A stretch of 64,000 bases of DNA from NCBI GenBank assembly GCA_045803545.1, contig JBJMOW010000005.1:1120001-1184000 (forward strand). The letters run 5' to 3'. A program made the position numbers and the translations under genes. Shown piece by piece: positions 9,746 through 19,135 of the stretch. A model generated the notes under the pieces. The model was not told where the DNA came from and searched no databases. It was given only the letters and a program-made list of their open reading frames with translations. This DNA comes from Gemmatimonadaceae bacterium (GTDB taxonomy: Bacteria; Gemmatimonadota; Gemmatimonadetes; Gemmatimonadales; Gemmatimonadaceae). Each line of letters starts with the position of its first letter. The first letter of the stretch is position 1.

Positions 9746-10378
9746 TTACTGCGATGCCTTCACCGCGCGCCATTCCGCGCGCCACTCACAGATGTCTTCA
9801 CCGCGCTCGCGGCAATGCACGTGATCGATCATGCCGCCGGCATTTACGAGGCGCTTTAGCAGCTGGCGCAGCGCGGATTCATAGTAGAGACAGCCGATCC
9901 CTTTGGGCGCAGTGCCGAAGGTGACGGACTCGGAGAGGCTCAGCACGATCGAAGCGCCAACTCGCCTCACCTTGGCGCCCAGATATCGCTCGCCCGCCCG
10001 CCGCACCTGGCGAAAGGCCAGCGGGCGCGCCAGAAATCCCGGCAGCAGATGGATGATTTGTCGTGTCGACGCAGAAATCATCTCGTACATGCGGTCGGCG
10101 ACGATGTTGCCGGCTCGCGTAAAGATGCTCTCCGCATCCGGCCGGCGGCCGATGAGGCGCGAGATGCCAGCGGCCTCGTGAATGGGGATCTGCTGATTGC
10201 GTTTCAGCGCATCCTTGTAACGACGGATTTGCGCGATAACCGTGTCACTAAGACCCAGCCGCTTGTTGCGATGCTCCTGCACGTACTCCACCTCGTCGTC
10301 TCCTCCTTCCGGAATATCGACCGAGCGGACTGACTCGAGGAGACTGAGCGGGACTATGGCGTTTACGGTGCCGGGCAT
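9746..10378 (-). CDS. Hypothetical protein with C-terminal V4R-like domain
   Basis: GCLYYESAL...HVHCRERGEDICEW resembles the V4R Cys pattern. Confidence 0.55.
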   Translation of the reverse strand: MPGTVNAIVPLSLLESVRSVDIPEGGDDEVEYVQEHRNKRLGLSDTVIAQIRRYKDALKRNQQIPIHEAAGISRLIGRRPDAESIFTRAGNIVADRMYEMISASTRQIIHLLPGFLARPLAFRQVRRAGERYLGAKVRRVGASIVLSLSESVTFGTAPKGIGCLYYESALRQLLKRLVNAGGMIDHVHCRERGEDICEWRAEWRAVKASQ

Positions 10379-10470
10379 TTAGTTGGTAAGCGGAGAGCGC
10401 AAGCTAACCGTCGCTCGAATCCCCTTCAAGCAGCAGGCACCTATACCACAGCGTCAAAGCGAAGGAGGGA

Positions 10471-11256
10471 TTGCACCTGTCTGACTTGATGATTCGCGCG
10501 GTCGTCGGCGTGGTCGTATCGCTTCTTGTGTGTCTCGGGGGGCGTCGTGCGCACGCCCTCACCACCAGTGGCTCAGTCGCCGGCGTGGTCCTCGGCACTG
10601 TCGCCATTACCGCCGGATGGAGCTGGGGATTTCTGCTCCTGTCATTGTTCGCGTCAGTCACTCTGCTGTCCCGTGTCCGCGCGGCGGAAAAGGCAAAACG
10701 AGTCGGTGTGATCCTTGAGAAAGGCGCTGAGCGAGATGCCGCACAGATCATTGCCAATGGCGCCGTCTTTACCGCCGCGGCGCTCGCCAGCCTGATCGCT
10801 CCGGCAACCGGGTGGTACGCGATCGGCGCCGGTGCCCTCGCTTTCTCGGCCGCAGACACCTGGGCGACAGAGATCGGTATCCTTTCACCGGGCGATCCTT
10901 ATTCCATCATTGGCGGCCGGGTACCGGTTGGAACTTCCGGGGGAATCTCCCTGATTGGGACACTGGGCGCGATCGGCGGCGCCCTGTTCGTCGCGATGGA
11001 AGCAATGTTCGCCGCCTGGCCGGTTTCTTTCGCCGGGGTCGTACTGGGCGGAGTAATTGCCGCGTTGGCAGACTCCTTCATTGGCGCAACGCTTCAGGAA
11101 CGGCGCTGGTGCGATCGTTGTATGACTTCTACTGAACGCACCATTCACGATTGTGGAACTAAGACGAGAATCAATGGCGGTATTCGCGGGCTCGACAACG
11201 ACACGGTTAACGCCGCCTGCTCGGCGATCGGCGCTCTGATAGCTTTAGTCGTATAG
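10471..11256 (+). CDS. DUF92 / TMEM19 family membrane protein
   Basis: RDAAQIIANG, ADTWATEIG, GTSGGISLIG, DSFIGATLQ, DNDTVN motifs; strong RBS GAAGGAGG before TTG. Confidence 0.9.
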   Translation: MHLSDLMIRAVVGVVVSLLVCLGGRRAHALTTSGSVAGVVLGTVAITAGWSWGFLLLSLFASVTLLSRVRAAEKAKRVGVILEKGAERDAAQIIANGAVFTAAALASLIAPATGWYAIGAGALAFSAADTWATEIGILSPGDPYSIIGGRVPVGTSGGISLIGTLGAIGGALFVAMEAMFAAWPVSFAGVVLGGVIAALADSFIGATLQERRWCDRCMTSTERTIHDCGTKTRINGGIRGLDNDTVNAACSAIGALIALVV

Positions 11257-11263
11257 TGAGGAC

Positions 11264-12730
11264 ATGCAGACGATGATGGCCGCCGCTTCGATTTCGGCGA
11301 GGAACGGCGCGCGGGTGTTGCTGGTCAGCACCAATCGCGAGCGGCAACCTTATCCAGTGGTGCCGAACGGTCTCGCTTGCGTCGCGTCCGCCCTCGACGC
11401 GGCAGGACACGATGTCTCGTTTCTGGATCTTTGCTTCGCCAAAGATCCGCTATCCGTCGCGCGCGAGACGGCACGCAGGTTCAAGCCCAATGTCATCGGC
11501 GTCTCGGTCCGCAACATCGACAACAGCGATGCCATCGCGCTTCGACACTACACGCCTGAGGCACGCGACATTCTGCGCGAGCTGCGAACAGCGTCGCCGA
11601 GCGCAAAGATCATCGCCGGTGGCGCGGCTTTTGGCGTTGCTCCGGAAGCACTCTTCCGTGAGCTGGGCGTCGACTACGCGGTCGCCGGAGACGGTGAGCG
11701 GGCTAGCGTAGCAATCATCGATGCGCTCGCCACGGGGACCACGCCGGAATCAATCGCCGGGCTCGTTCGCTCCCGAGACGGCAGAGTCGTGTTCACCCCG
11801 CCCGGCGAAGATGCCGATCTGGATTCATTGCCGAGTCCACAGCTTCATCGCTGGATCGACCTTGCGCGGTACCAGCGTCACGGCGCGACGATTCCAATTC
11901 AGACTAAGCGCGGCTGTGTTTACAAATGCATCTATTGCACGTACCGCAACGTCGAAGGCTGGGGTTACCGGACGCGCGATCCCGAGCTGGTGGCCGACGA
12001 GATCGCCGAGCTGAAGCTCATAGCGAAAGTGAATCACTTCGATTTCGTCGATTCGACCTTCAACTCACCACCCGGGCACGCGATTCAGGTGTGTGAAGCG
12101 ATCATCCGGCGGAAAATCGGAGCACACCTCGACACTACCAACTTCACTCCTGCCACGGCTTCGACCGAGCTGTTGAGCGCGATGAAGGCCGCGGGTTTCC
12201 GCACATTGGGGATCACTGCAGAAAGCGCCAGCGACCCGGTGCTTGAGCGCCTCGAGAAGGGGTTTACGGCTGCCAAAGCGCGGGAGGTCGCCGTGCGGGT
12301 GGAGAAGCACGGGATCCGGGCCTTATGGATATTCCTCGTCGGCGGGCCAGGCGAGACAAAGCAAACACTCGAAGAAACCCTCGAATTTGCTGCCTGGCGG
12401 CTTCGTCGCGGCGACGCAGTTTATCTCACCGTCGGGTTACGGATCTATCCCGGAACTACGCTCCACCGCATCGCGATAACGGAAGGCGTCGTACCGGCAG
12501 ACAGTACCCTGCTCGATCCAGCTTTTTATTTTTCCAGTCAGCTTGACTTCGACCGAACGGTGGCACGACTCAAACTTTTCGCGGCAGACCATCCGCGCTT
12601 TATGTTTTCCGCCGACTCCAGATCGGTTGTTCTACCCTACCTCACTCGCGCGGCGTCCGTGTTGCATTTACCCCGGCCTCACTGGCAATACATGGGTCTC
12701 TTTCAGCGGGTAGCCCGCGCGATCGGATAG
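11264..12730 (+). CDS. Cobalamin-binding radical SAM protein
   Basis: N-terminal B12-binding domain (PYPVVPNGL, IGVSVRNIDN) and CxxxCxxC motif (CVYKCIYC). Confidence 0.9.
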   Translation: MQTMMAAASISARNGARVLLVSTNRERQPYPVVPNGLACVASALDAAGHDVSFLDLCFAKDPLSVARETARRFKPNVIGVSVRNIDNSDAIALRHYTPEARDILRELRTASPSAKIIAGGAAFGVAPEALFRELGVDYAVAGDGERASVAIIDALATGTTPESIAGLVRSRDGRVVFTPPGEDADLDSLPSPQLHRWIDLARYQRHGATIPIQTKRGCVYKCIYCTYRNVEGWGYRTRDPELVADEIAELKLIAKVNHFDFVDSTFNSPPGHAIQVCEAIIRRKIGAHLDTTNFTPATASTELLSAMKAAGFRTLGITAESASDPVLERLEKGFTAAKAREVAVRVEKHGIRALWIFLVGGPGETKQTLEETLEFAAWRLRRGDAVYLTVGLRIYPGTTLHRIAITEGVVPADSTLLDPAFYFSSQLDFDRTVARLKLFAADHPRFMFSADSRSVVLPYLTRAASVLHLPRPHWQYMGLFQRVARAIG

Positions 12731-12731
12731 A

Positions 12732-13979
12732 GTGGCCGAAAATCTGGACGCTGAAGTGATCGTCGTTGGTGGCGGGCCAGCGGGCGCCGCCACAGCGTGG
12801 GCGCTGGCACGAGACGGCATCGACGTGCTCGTTCTCGATCGCGCACGTTTTCCGCGCGACAAGATCTGCGCGGAGTATCTGAGTCCCGAAGCATCCCGGA
12901 TTCTGGCGGACATGGGCGTGCTCGACGAGATCGAGCGGGCGAATCCCGCCCACCTCGCTGGAATGCGGGTGCGCGCACCCAACGGGCTCATCGCCGATGG
13001 CGAGTTCGCCTCCAATCACGGCTTCCGGGGCTTCCGCGATCGCGGGCTTGCCATGCGTCGCACCATACTTGACGAGATCGTGCTGCGCGGCGCGCGTGGC
13101 GTCGGCGCGCGGGTGCTCGAAGAGACTCACGTCACCGACGTCCATCGCAACGAATCGCGGCGTGTCGACGGGGTGATGGTTCGCGACGCCGATGGCAGGC
13201 AGCGAGCCCTCCGCTCGCGATACGTCGTGGGCGCCGACGGTTTGCGGTCAGTGATCGGGCGCAGACTGGGCCTGACGAAAACGAGTCGGATCTGGCCGCG
13301 ACGCATTGCACTGGTTGCCCATTATCACAACGTGCAAGGCGTTGGAGAGATGGGCGAGATGCACGTCGACTACGACGGCTACTTTGGCGTCGTAGATGTC
13401 GGTGGCCTGATGAACGTTGCTGTCGTCGTCCCGCTGTCGCGCGCCAGTAAGATTGCGGATAAAACGGAATTCTTCGAGCAGTGGATCGCCGCGCGTCCAC
13501 ACCTCGCCGAGCGATTCCGGAACGCGGAGCGAATCACGCCGGTGCGCGCGACAGGGCCGTTCGCATCTTCGACAAGACGAGCCTGGGCCCCAGGCGCTGC
13601 GCTTGTCGGCGATGCTGCCGATTTTTTCGACCCATTTACCGGTGAAGGAATTTTCGCCGCCTTGCGTGGAGGCGAGATAGTCGCTCCTTACATTGCCGAA
13701 GCTCTTTTTTATCAATCAGATTCCGACGAATCGCGCATCCTCGCCGGGTACGATCGCGCTCGCAAGCGGCAGTTCGGCGGGAAATGGAAGCTCGAGCGCA
13801 TCGTTGGAACGGCGATCAAGTATCCCTGGCTACTCAACAATGCGGCGAAGGTTTTGTCGCGGCGCAAAGATCTGGCGGACCTGCTGGTCGGAGTCGCCGG
13901 TGACTTCATCCCGCCGCGGCTGGTTCTGAGTCCGCGCTTCCTGTTCACGCTGTTCATCTCGCCGGCGTTCAGAAATTGA
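12732..13979 (+). CDS. FAD-dependent oxidoreductase (geranylgeranyl reductase / FixC family)
   Basis: VVGGGPAG, FPRDKICAE, GADG, LVGDAADFFDPFTGEG motifs. Confidence 0.9.
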   Translation: MAENLDAEVIVVGGGPAGAATAWALARDGIDVLVLDRARFPRDKICAEYLSPEASRILADMGVLDEIERANPAHLAGMRVRAPNGLIADGEFASNHGFRGFRDRGLAMRRTILDEIVLRGARGVGARVLEETHVTDVHRNESRRVDGVMVRDADGRQRALRSRYVVGADGLRSVIGRRLGLTKTSRIWPRRIALVAHYHNVQGVGEMGEMHVDYDGYFGVVDVGGLMNVAVVVPLSRASKIADKTEFFEQWIAARPHLAERFRNAERITPVRATGPFASSTRRAWAPGAALVGDAADFFDPFTGEGIFAALRGGEIVAPYIAEALFYQSDSDESRILAGYDRARKRQFGGKWKLERIVGTAIKYPWLLNNAAKVLSRRKDLADLLVGVAGDFIPPRLVLSPRFLFTLFISPAFRN

Positions 13980-14452
13980 GCGTCAGCGAAGACGAATTCC
14001 GAGCTGTACTGGGACGCTTTCCCTCAGGCGTGACGGTAGTGACGACAACCGACTCCGCGGGCGACGATCAGGGGATGACCGTGAGTGCCTTCTGTTCCGT
14101 AAGCCTTCAGCCCGCGCTCATTCTCATTTCGATCGAGAAAACGGCGTCGGCCCACGATGCGCTCACGAAATCGCCTGGATTCGTCGTCAACATCCTGTCG
14201 GCTCGCCAGGAGCAGGTTGGGCGACGCTTTTCCATCGTCGACATCGACCGATTCGAAGGCGTTGGGTTCACACGCTCCGCTCGGGGCTACGCTGTCCTAG
14301 ACGACGTGCTCGGGGTGATCGAGTGCAGCCGGCACAAGCTCTTTGACGGTGGCGATCACACCATTATTCTCGGTGAAGTCGAAGCGATGCGCGCGGAGAG
14401 CGGCACGCCGCTGCTTTACTACAGAGGCGGCTACGCGCAGCTCGAGCACTGA
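13976..14452 (+). CDS. Flavin reductase family protein
   Basis: FRAVLGRFPSGVTVVT, GGDHTIILGEV, PLLYYRGGY. Confidence 0.92.
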   Translation: MSVSEDEFRAVLGRFPSGVTVVTTTDSAGDDQGMTVSAFCSVSLQPALILISIEKTASAHDALTKSPGFVVNILSARQEQVGRRFSIVDIDRFEGVGFTRSARGYAVLDDVLGVIECSRHKLFDGGDHTIILGEVEAMRAESGTPLLYYRGGYAQLEH

Positions 14453-14455
14453 CGG

Positions 14456-15154
14456 ATGTCGAGCCTGCTGACGCCCCCGCGGCGCCGCGGATCCGAGATT
14501 CTCGATTCCCCGGAGGTCGCCCCGGAAATCGTGACGCGGTCACTCGCTGACGTTTCGAAGGCAAACTCGCTCTTCGGAGGCACGAGCTCGGCGGTCGACG
14601 AGCTTCGGCAGTTTATGAAGGATCTGCCTCGCAACGCGACCTTGCTGGACGTCGGCACCGGACTGGGCGACATCCCCGCGCGCGTGCGCGCCGAGGCGGC
14701 GAAACAGCAAATAGTGCTGACAACGATCGGACTTGATTCCGCGCCCGTGCTGGCCAAAGCATGCAGAAAAGCGCTCGAGTGGTCGGTTTGCGGCAATGCT
14801 TTGAAGCTGCCATTCGCCGATAGCAGCATCGACGTCGTGATGTGCTCGCAGGTGCTGCATCACTTTGCCGAAGACGATGCGCTGACCCTTTTGCGCGAAA
14901 TGAATCGTGTCGCGCGACATCGCGTCATCGTGACTGATCTCAAGCGTAGCTGGATTTCCGCCGCTGGCATCTGGCTGGTCTCTTTTCCCCTCGGATTTCA
15001 TGCTGTTAGCCGTCACGATGGAGTCGTTTCGGTGATGCGGGGTTTTACTACGAGTGAGCTGGCCGATACTGTGCAGGCAGCGGTGCTGCGACGGCCGGTG
15101 GTTCACCGGCGCCGTGGCTTCCGCGTCACGACCAGCTGGGCACCGGTTCATTAG
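14456..15154 (+). CDS. SAM-dependent methyltransferase
   Basis: LLDVGTGLGD motif I, SQVLHHF, HDGVVSVMRGF; resembles methyltransferases found beside type III PKS genes. Confidence 0.88.
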   Translation: MSSLLTPPRRRGSEILDSPEVAPEIVTRSLADVSKANSLFGGTSSAVDELRQFMKDLPRNATLLDVGTGLGDIPARVRAEAAKQQIVLTTIGLDSAPVLAKACRKALEWSVCGNALKLPFADSSIDVVMCSQVLHHFAEDDALTLLREMNRVARHRVIVTDLKRSWISAAGIWLVSFPLGFHAVSRHDGVVSVMRGFTTSELADTVQAAVLRRPVVHRRRGFRVTTSWAPVH

Positions 15155-15705
15155 TGGCAAAGGAAGTGGCGAGTCCGTTCGAGCTCGGTGCGATGCCGGT
15201 CGGTCGCCGGCGGATGGAAACGGTTGACGAGCAGCTAGTGCGAGCGCCCCTCAACACAATGTTCGATCTCGCAAAAAGAGTTGAGGCATGGCCAGAGCAT
15301 CTTTCACACTATCGCTTCGTTCGCTTTCGGGAGGACCGCTCCGACGGCGGGGGAATCGTAGAAATGTCAGCCAATCGCCCTTTTGCGATTCCCTTTACGC
15401 GTTTGAGGCTGAACTGGCCCACCTGGTGGCTCTCGGAGATGGCTGTGAACGAGCGCGCGCCGTCGATTCGGTTTCGCCACATCGCTGGTATAACGAAAGG
15501 CATGGATGTCGAATGGAGCTTCACCCCGACGCCGGGGGGAACTCACGTACGAATCGTGCACTTATGGAATGGACCAGCCGTTCCTGTGGTTGGTATATGG
15601 GCAGCAGTGTTCGTGATCGGGCCAATCTTCATTCATGGCATCGCGTCGCGAACGCTGGCGGGATTGGCGAGAGTCGCCGAAAGCCGCCAGAATCAACAGT
15701 GGTGA
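15154..15705 (+). CDS. SRPBCC / polyketide cyclase-dehydrase family protein
   Basis: VEAWPEHLSHYR, IRFRHIAGITKGMDVEWSF pattern. Confidence 0.75.
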   Translation: MAKEVASPFELGAMPVGRRRMETVDEQLVRAPLNTMFDLAKRVEAWPEHLSHYRFVRFREDRSDGGGIVEMSANRPFAIPFTRLRLNWPTWWLSEMAVNERAPSIRFRHIAGITKGMDVEWSFTPTPGGTHVRIVHLWNGPAVPVVGIWAAVFVIGPIFIHGIASRTLAGLARVAESRQNQQW

Positions 15706-15717
15706 TCTGAGGTACAC

Positions 15718-16959
15718 GTGGAAAAGCGCAGAGTTGTGATAACGGGAGTCGGTCCGATCACCCCGATCGGCACCACTCGTGATTGTTTCTGGGAAGGACT
15801 GCAGCGCCAACGGTCCGCGGTTCGATCGATCAGTCGCTTCGATCCCTCTCCGTTCCGCAGTCACAACGCGGCCGAAATCAACGACTTCGTGCCGACCGAT
15901 CATCTCGAAGCCAAGCGGGCAAAGCGGCTCGACCGCTTTGCGCAGTTCTCGGTCGTCGGGGCCCAAATGGCGTTGGCAGACGCGGACCTCGATCTGACGA
16001 AGGAAGATCGCGAGCGCGTAGGCGCCAACATGGGAACTGCGCTCGGCGGCGTCAGCTACGCCGAGGGACAGCTGGCGAACTACATGACGCAGGGATTGCG
16101 CGGAGTCGATGCCACGCTTGCACTGGCTGTCTTCGGCGGCGCCGCCAGCTGTAACATCGCGATCGAGCTCGGGGCGATGGGACCGAATTCGACGAATGCA
16201 ATGAGCTGTGCGTCGGGCACGATTGCGATCGGGGATGCATTCAGACAAATCCGTGACGATTACGCGGACATCATGATCGCCGGCGGATCAGAAGCACCGC
16301 TGGCACCGCTCACATTCGGCGCGTTTGCGCTGATTCGCGCGATGTCGACGCGCAACGAGGATCCCGAGAAGGCATCGCGTCCGTTCGACAAGGACCGCGA
16401 TGGCTTCGTGATGGGAGAAGGCGCGGCTGTGATGATCCTCGAGGAGTATGAGCGCGCAAAGGCCCGTGGCGCTCCGATATACGCCGAGGTGTTGGGCTAC
16501 GGGACGTCAAACGACGCTTATCACATGACAGCTCCGCGTCCGGATGGCTCACAGGCAGCGCGCTCAATGCGTCTCGCGCTCAAGGACGCGGAACTGTCTC
16601 CCGGCGAGATTGACTACGTGAATACTCACGGCAGCTCGACACCGCTCAATGACTCCACGGAAACGTCGGCGATCAAACAAGTACTGGGCGATCGGGCGTA
16701 TCAAATTCCGCTCAGCGGGACCAAAGGTTACTACGGCCACGCACTCGGCGCTTCCGGCGCGATCGAGACGGCAATTTGCGCGCTCGCGATCGAGCGTGAA
16801 TGGCTGCCGCCCACGGTGAACCTCCAGGTTGCGGACGAAGCCTGCGATCTTAATTTTCTGCCGGGAACAGGGCGGAAGCAGAGAGTTGAGCACGTGCTCA
16901 CCAACTCTTTCGGCTTCGGGGGAATCAACGCCGCGCTGGTTTTGCGTCGAGTGATTTGA
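15718..16959 (+). CDS. fabF: Beta-ketoacyl-ACP synthase II-like ketosynthase
   Basis: RRVVITG, catalytic Cys (MSCASG), NTHGSST, GHALGASG, NSFGFGG. May be a specialised paralogue rather than housekeeping fabF. Confidence 0.85.
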   Translation: MEKRRVVITGVGPITPIGTTRDCFWEGLQRQRSAVRSISRFDPSPFRSHNAAEINDFVPTDHLEAKRAKRLDRFAQFSVVGAQMALADADLDLTKEDRERVGANMGTALGGVSYAEGQLANYMTQGLRGVDATLALAVFGGAASCNIAIELGAMGPNSTNAMSCASGTIAIGDAFRQIRDDYADIMIAGGSEAPLAPLTFGAFALIRAMSTRNEDPEKASRPFDKDRDGFVMGEGAAVMILEEYERAKARGAPIYAEVLGYGTSNDAYHMTAPRPDGSQAARSMRLALKDAELSPGEIDYVNTHGSSTPLNDSTETSAIKQVLGDRAYQIPLSGTKGYYGHALGASGAIETAICALAIEREWLPPTVNLQVADEACDLNFLPGTGRKQRVEHVLTNSFGFGGINAALVLRRVI

Positions 16960-17004
16960 GTTGAGCGCGCCCGATTCCCGTTCACTTTTTTCAGAGGACG
17001 GGTA

Positions 17005-17709
17005 ATGCGCGACTCCTGGCGCCACTTTCTAGCAGAGTTCATCGGCACCTTTGCTCTCGTTTTTGTCGGGAGCGGCGCGATCATGGCGACGCGCATCAGC
17101 CAGAGCAGTGCCGCGCTCGTCGAGGTGGCCCTGGCACACGGATTGGTGCTCGGGGTGTTCGTCAGTGCGCTGATGCGCATCTCCGGCCACTTCAATCCAG
17201 CGGTGACGCTTGGCATGTTGGCCGCCCGCCGCATCGAGGTGATGATGGCGGCACTCTATATCGTGGCGCAGGTGCTGGGCGCAGTGATAGCCGGCTACGC
17301 GCTCAAGGCGAGCTTTCCTGACGCTGTCTTCGTCGCCACTCGGGGCGGCGGGCAGACCGTCGCGCTCGACATCACGGGCGGTCAGGCATTTCTGCTGGAA
17401 GCAATCGCGACGTTCTTTCTGGTCTTCGTAGTTTTCGGAACCGCGGTTGATTTGCGCGGGCCGAAGATAGGCGGCCTGGCCATCGGATTCACGGTCGCGG
17501 CCGATATTCTTGCGATCGGGCCGCTGACCGGCGCGTCGATGAATCCGGCGCGGTCATTTGGACCAGCGGTGGCGAGCGGAGTCTACGAAGCGCAGCTCCT
17601 ATACTGGGTAGCACCGATCCTGGGCGGAGTCATCGCCGCGCTTCTCTACGAGTATTTGTTTATGAGGAGAGGGCGCGAGCCGGTGGATCATGGGGAGCTC
17701 AAGCCCTAG
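17005..17709 (+). CDS. MIP/aquaporin family channel
   Basis: AEFIGT, GHFNPAVT, SMNPARSFGPA (two NPA motifs). Confidence 0.95.
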   Translation: MRDSWRHFLAEFIGTFALVFVGSGAIMATRISQSSAALVEVALAHGLVLGVFVSALMRISGHFNPAVTLGMLAARRIEVMMAALYIVAQVLGAVIAGYALKASFPDAVFVATRGGGQTVALDITGGQAFLLEAIATFFLVFVVFGTAVDLRGPKIGGLAIGFTVAADILAIGPLTGASMNPARSFGPAVASGVYEAQLLYWVAPILGGVIAALLYEYLFMRRGREPVDHGELKP

Positions 17710-17712
17710 TAG

Positions 17713-17839
17713 GGCTGCGGGAGGAGAGCTAACTGATCGATGCGAGCTGCGGGCTAGTTGCGAGATGAGAGCTAGCTGCGAGATGAGAGCTAGCTGCGAG
17801 ATGAGAACTAGCTGCGAGATGAAAGCTAACTGCGAGGTG
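17713..17839 (+). repeat. Left arm of long inverted repeat containing about 5 tandem 18-bp units (GAGCTAGCTGCGAGATGA-like)
   Basis: Directly visible; the first 62 nt match the reverse complement of 18348-18409 with one mismatch. Confidence 0.92.
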
Positions 17840-17872
17840 GGAGGAAACGTGTCCACCAAGCTTGCAAAGTAC

Positions 17873-17900
17873 TTGACGTTATAAAGTCAGCTTATAGCTT
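17873..17900 (+). promoter_or_regulatory. Putative sigma70 promoter for the cassette gene
   Basis: TTGACG-N16-TAGCTT in an AT-rich patch about 30 bp upstream of GGAG-N5-ATG. Confidence 0.4.
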
Positions 17901-17927
17901 TCAGACGCTGACCTAAACGGAGCCGGT

Positions 17928-18314
17928 ATGCTGAAAGCACTTTTGAACGTTGCGTCGTTCGCGAACTGCGCAGGCGGGTTGGTTTTGATTGTTACCTGGG
18001 CGGCCATGTGGCAGCGCGTCCCAGTCATAGTGCTTTTCATCGGTGCGTCGCTGCTGATTCAGGGAGCGTACACCATTCTTTACCTGCAAGGTGGCCTCAG
18101 TCGCTGGGGCGACCTCGCTACTGGAGCCTTCTTCGCCGGTGAGGGCCTTGCAGGTTTTGTCGGTCTCGGCGGATTGATCGCAGGGATCATCCACAACATC
18201 GAACACGCCGACATGGAAATGGCGCCGGTCCTCGCCGGATTGCTGATGGCGACGCATGCGCTTCTGGCGCTGTTCTACCTCATCGCCAACCAAAAGCTGC
18301 TGGCACGCACCTAG
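17928..18314 (+). CDS. Hypothetical 4-TM membrane protein enclosed by inverted repeats
   Basis: 128-aa hydrophobic ORF with GGAG RBS; its stop lies inside the right repeat arm. Confidence 0.7.
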   Translation: MLKALLNVASFANCAGGLVLIVTWAAMWQRVPVIVLFIGASLLIQGAYTILYLQGGLSRWGDLATGAFFAGEGLAGFVGLGGLIAGIIHNIEHADMEMAPVLAGLLMATHALLALFYLIANQKLLART

Positions 18315-18409
18315 CTCGCACCTCGCAGTTAGCTCGCACCTCGCAGTTAGCTCTCATCTCGCAACTAGCCCGCAGCTCGCACCGATCAGTTAGCTCTCCT
18401 CCCGCAGCC
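18311..18409 (-). repeat. Right arm of long inverted repeat (about 3 tandem 18-bp units)
   Basis: Reverse complement of the 17713 arm; begins immediately after the rhodanese TAA. Confidence 0.92.
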
Positions 18410-18772
18410 TTACTCGGTGGGCAGTCCTTTCCCTGTCCACTCGCGCCAACCCCCGGCCATCGAAGCGACGTTGGAGTAGCCCATTTTCTGAAGGTTGTCG
18501 GCGGACAGGGTTGATCTGAATCCGCCGCCACAATACAGAATCAGCTGGGCGTTCTTATCGGGAATCTTCTGTTCGATGTCGCGCTCGAGGACACCGCGGC
18601 CCATGTACTCCGCTCCCTTGATGTGACCGGCTGCCCACTCGCTCTCCTCCCGCACGTCAATGACATGTGCGCGGCCTTTCTCGAGCTCTCGACGAGCTTC
18701 CTCGACACCAATCTCGCGCACGCGAGACTTCGCTTCGTCTACCAGCTTGAGAAACGCTGGAGAATGCTTCAC
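18410..18772 (-). CDS. Rhodanese-like domain protein
   Basis: IDVREESEWAAGHIKGA, LYCGGGFRS; GTG at 18772 overlaps the upstream stop. Confidence 0.9.
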   Translation of the reverse strand: MKHSPAFLKLVDEAKSRVREIGVEEARRELEKGRAHVIDVREESEWAAGHIKGAEYMGRGVLERDIEQKIPDKNAQLILYCGGGFRSTLSADNLQKMGYSNVASMAGGWREWTGKGLPTE

Positions 18773-19086
18773 AATCCGGCTGGTACCCGCTTGCCGGTCA
18801 ATTGCCGGAGGCCGAGATGTGCGCTGCGGCGCGCCACCAGCTCGGCCGTTGCGACAGCAGCCGCAGAGAGTGCGGTCCAGGCGAGCGCGGTTGGCCAGCT
18901 CTCGTCGGTGCGCCACGGTTTCTCGGGTGGGTCCTCGCCTTTCCACGCGCGCCAGCCGCTGTCGAGTCCACGCTCCACCAGTCTGCCGGCGACCATCGCC
19001 GCACCAGCGCCGACCAGCAACCAGGTCGCGCGGCGCGGATTGATTTTCTTTTGATTGATTGTCTTTTTCACGTCAGCTGCCCTCAT
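18769..19086 (-). CDS. DUF4235-like small membrane protein
   Basis: WRAWKGEDPP and WPTALAWTALSAA pattern. Confidence 0.7.
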   Translation of the reverse strand: MRAADVKKTINQKKINPRRATWLLVGAGAAMVAGRLVERGLDSGWRAWKGEDPPEKPWRTDESWPTALAWTALSAAAVATAELVARRSAHLGLRQLTGKRVPAGL

Positions 19087-19135
19087 GTTTGAGCTAACGA
19101 GAGAGGCAAGCTTGAGGCCGAGCCAGCGGTGCGAC

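Noticed and set aside
17750..17839. Possible CRISPR array
   Set aside because: The 18-bp units are contiguous with no unique spacers, and no cas genes are present.
17599..17884. ORFs with repeated peptides (ISQLAL / CEMRAS)
   Set aside because: They are translation by-products of the 18-bp DNA tandem repeat overlapping the aquaporin end.
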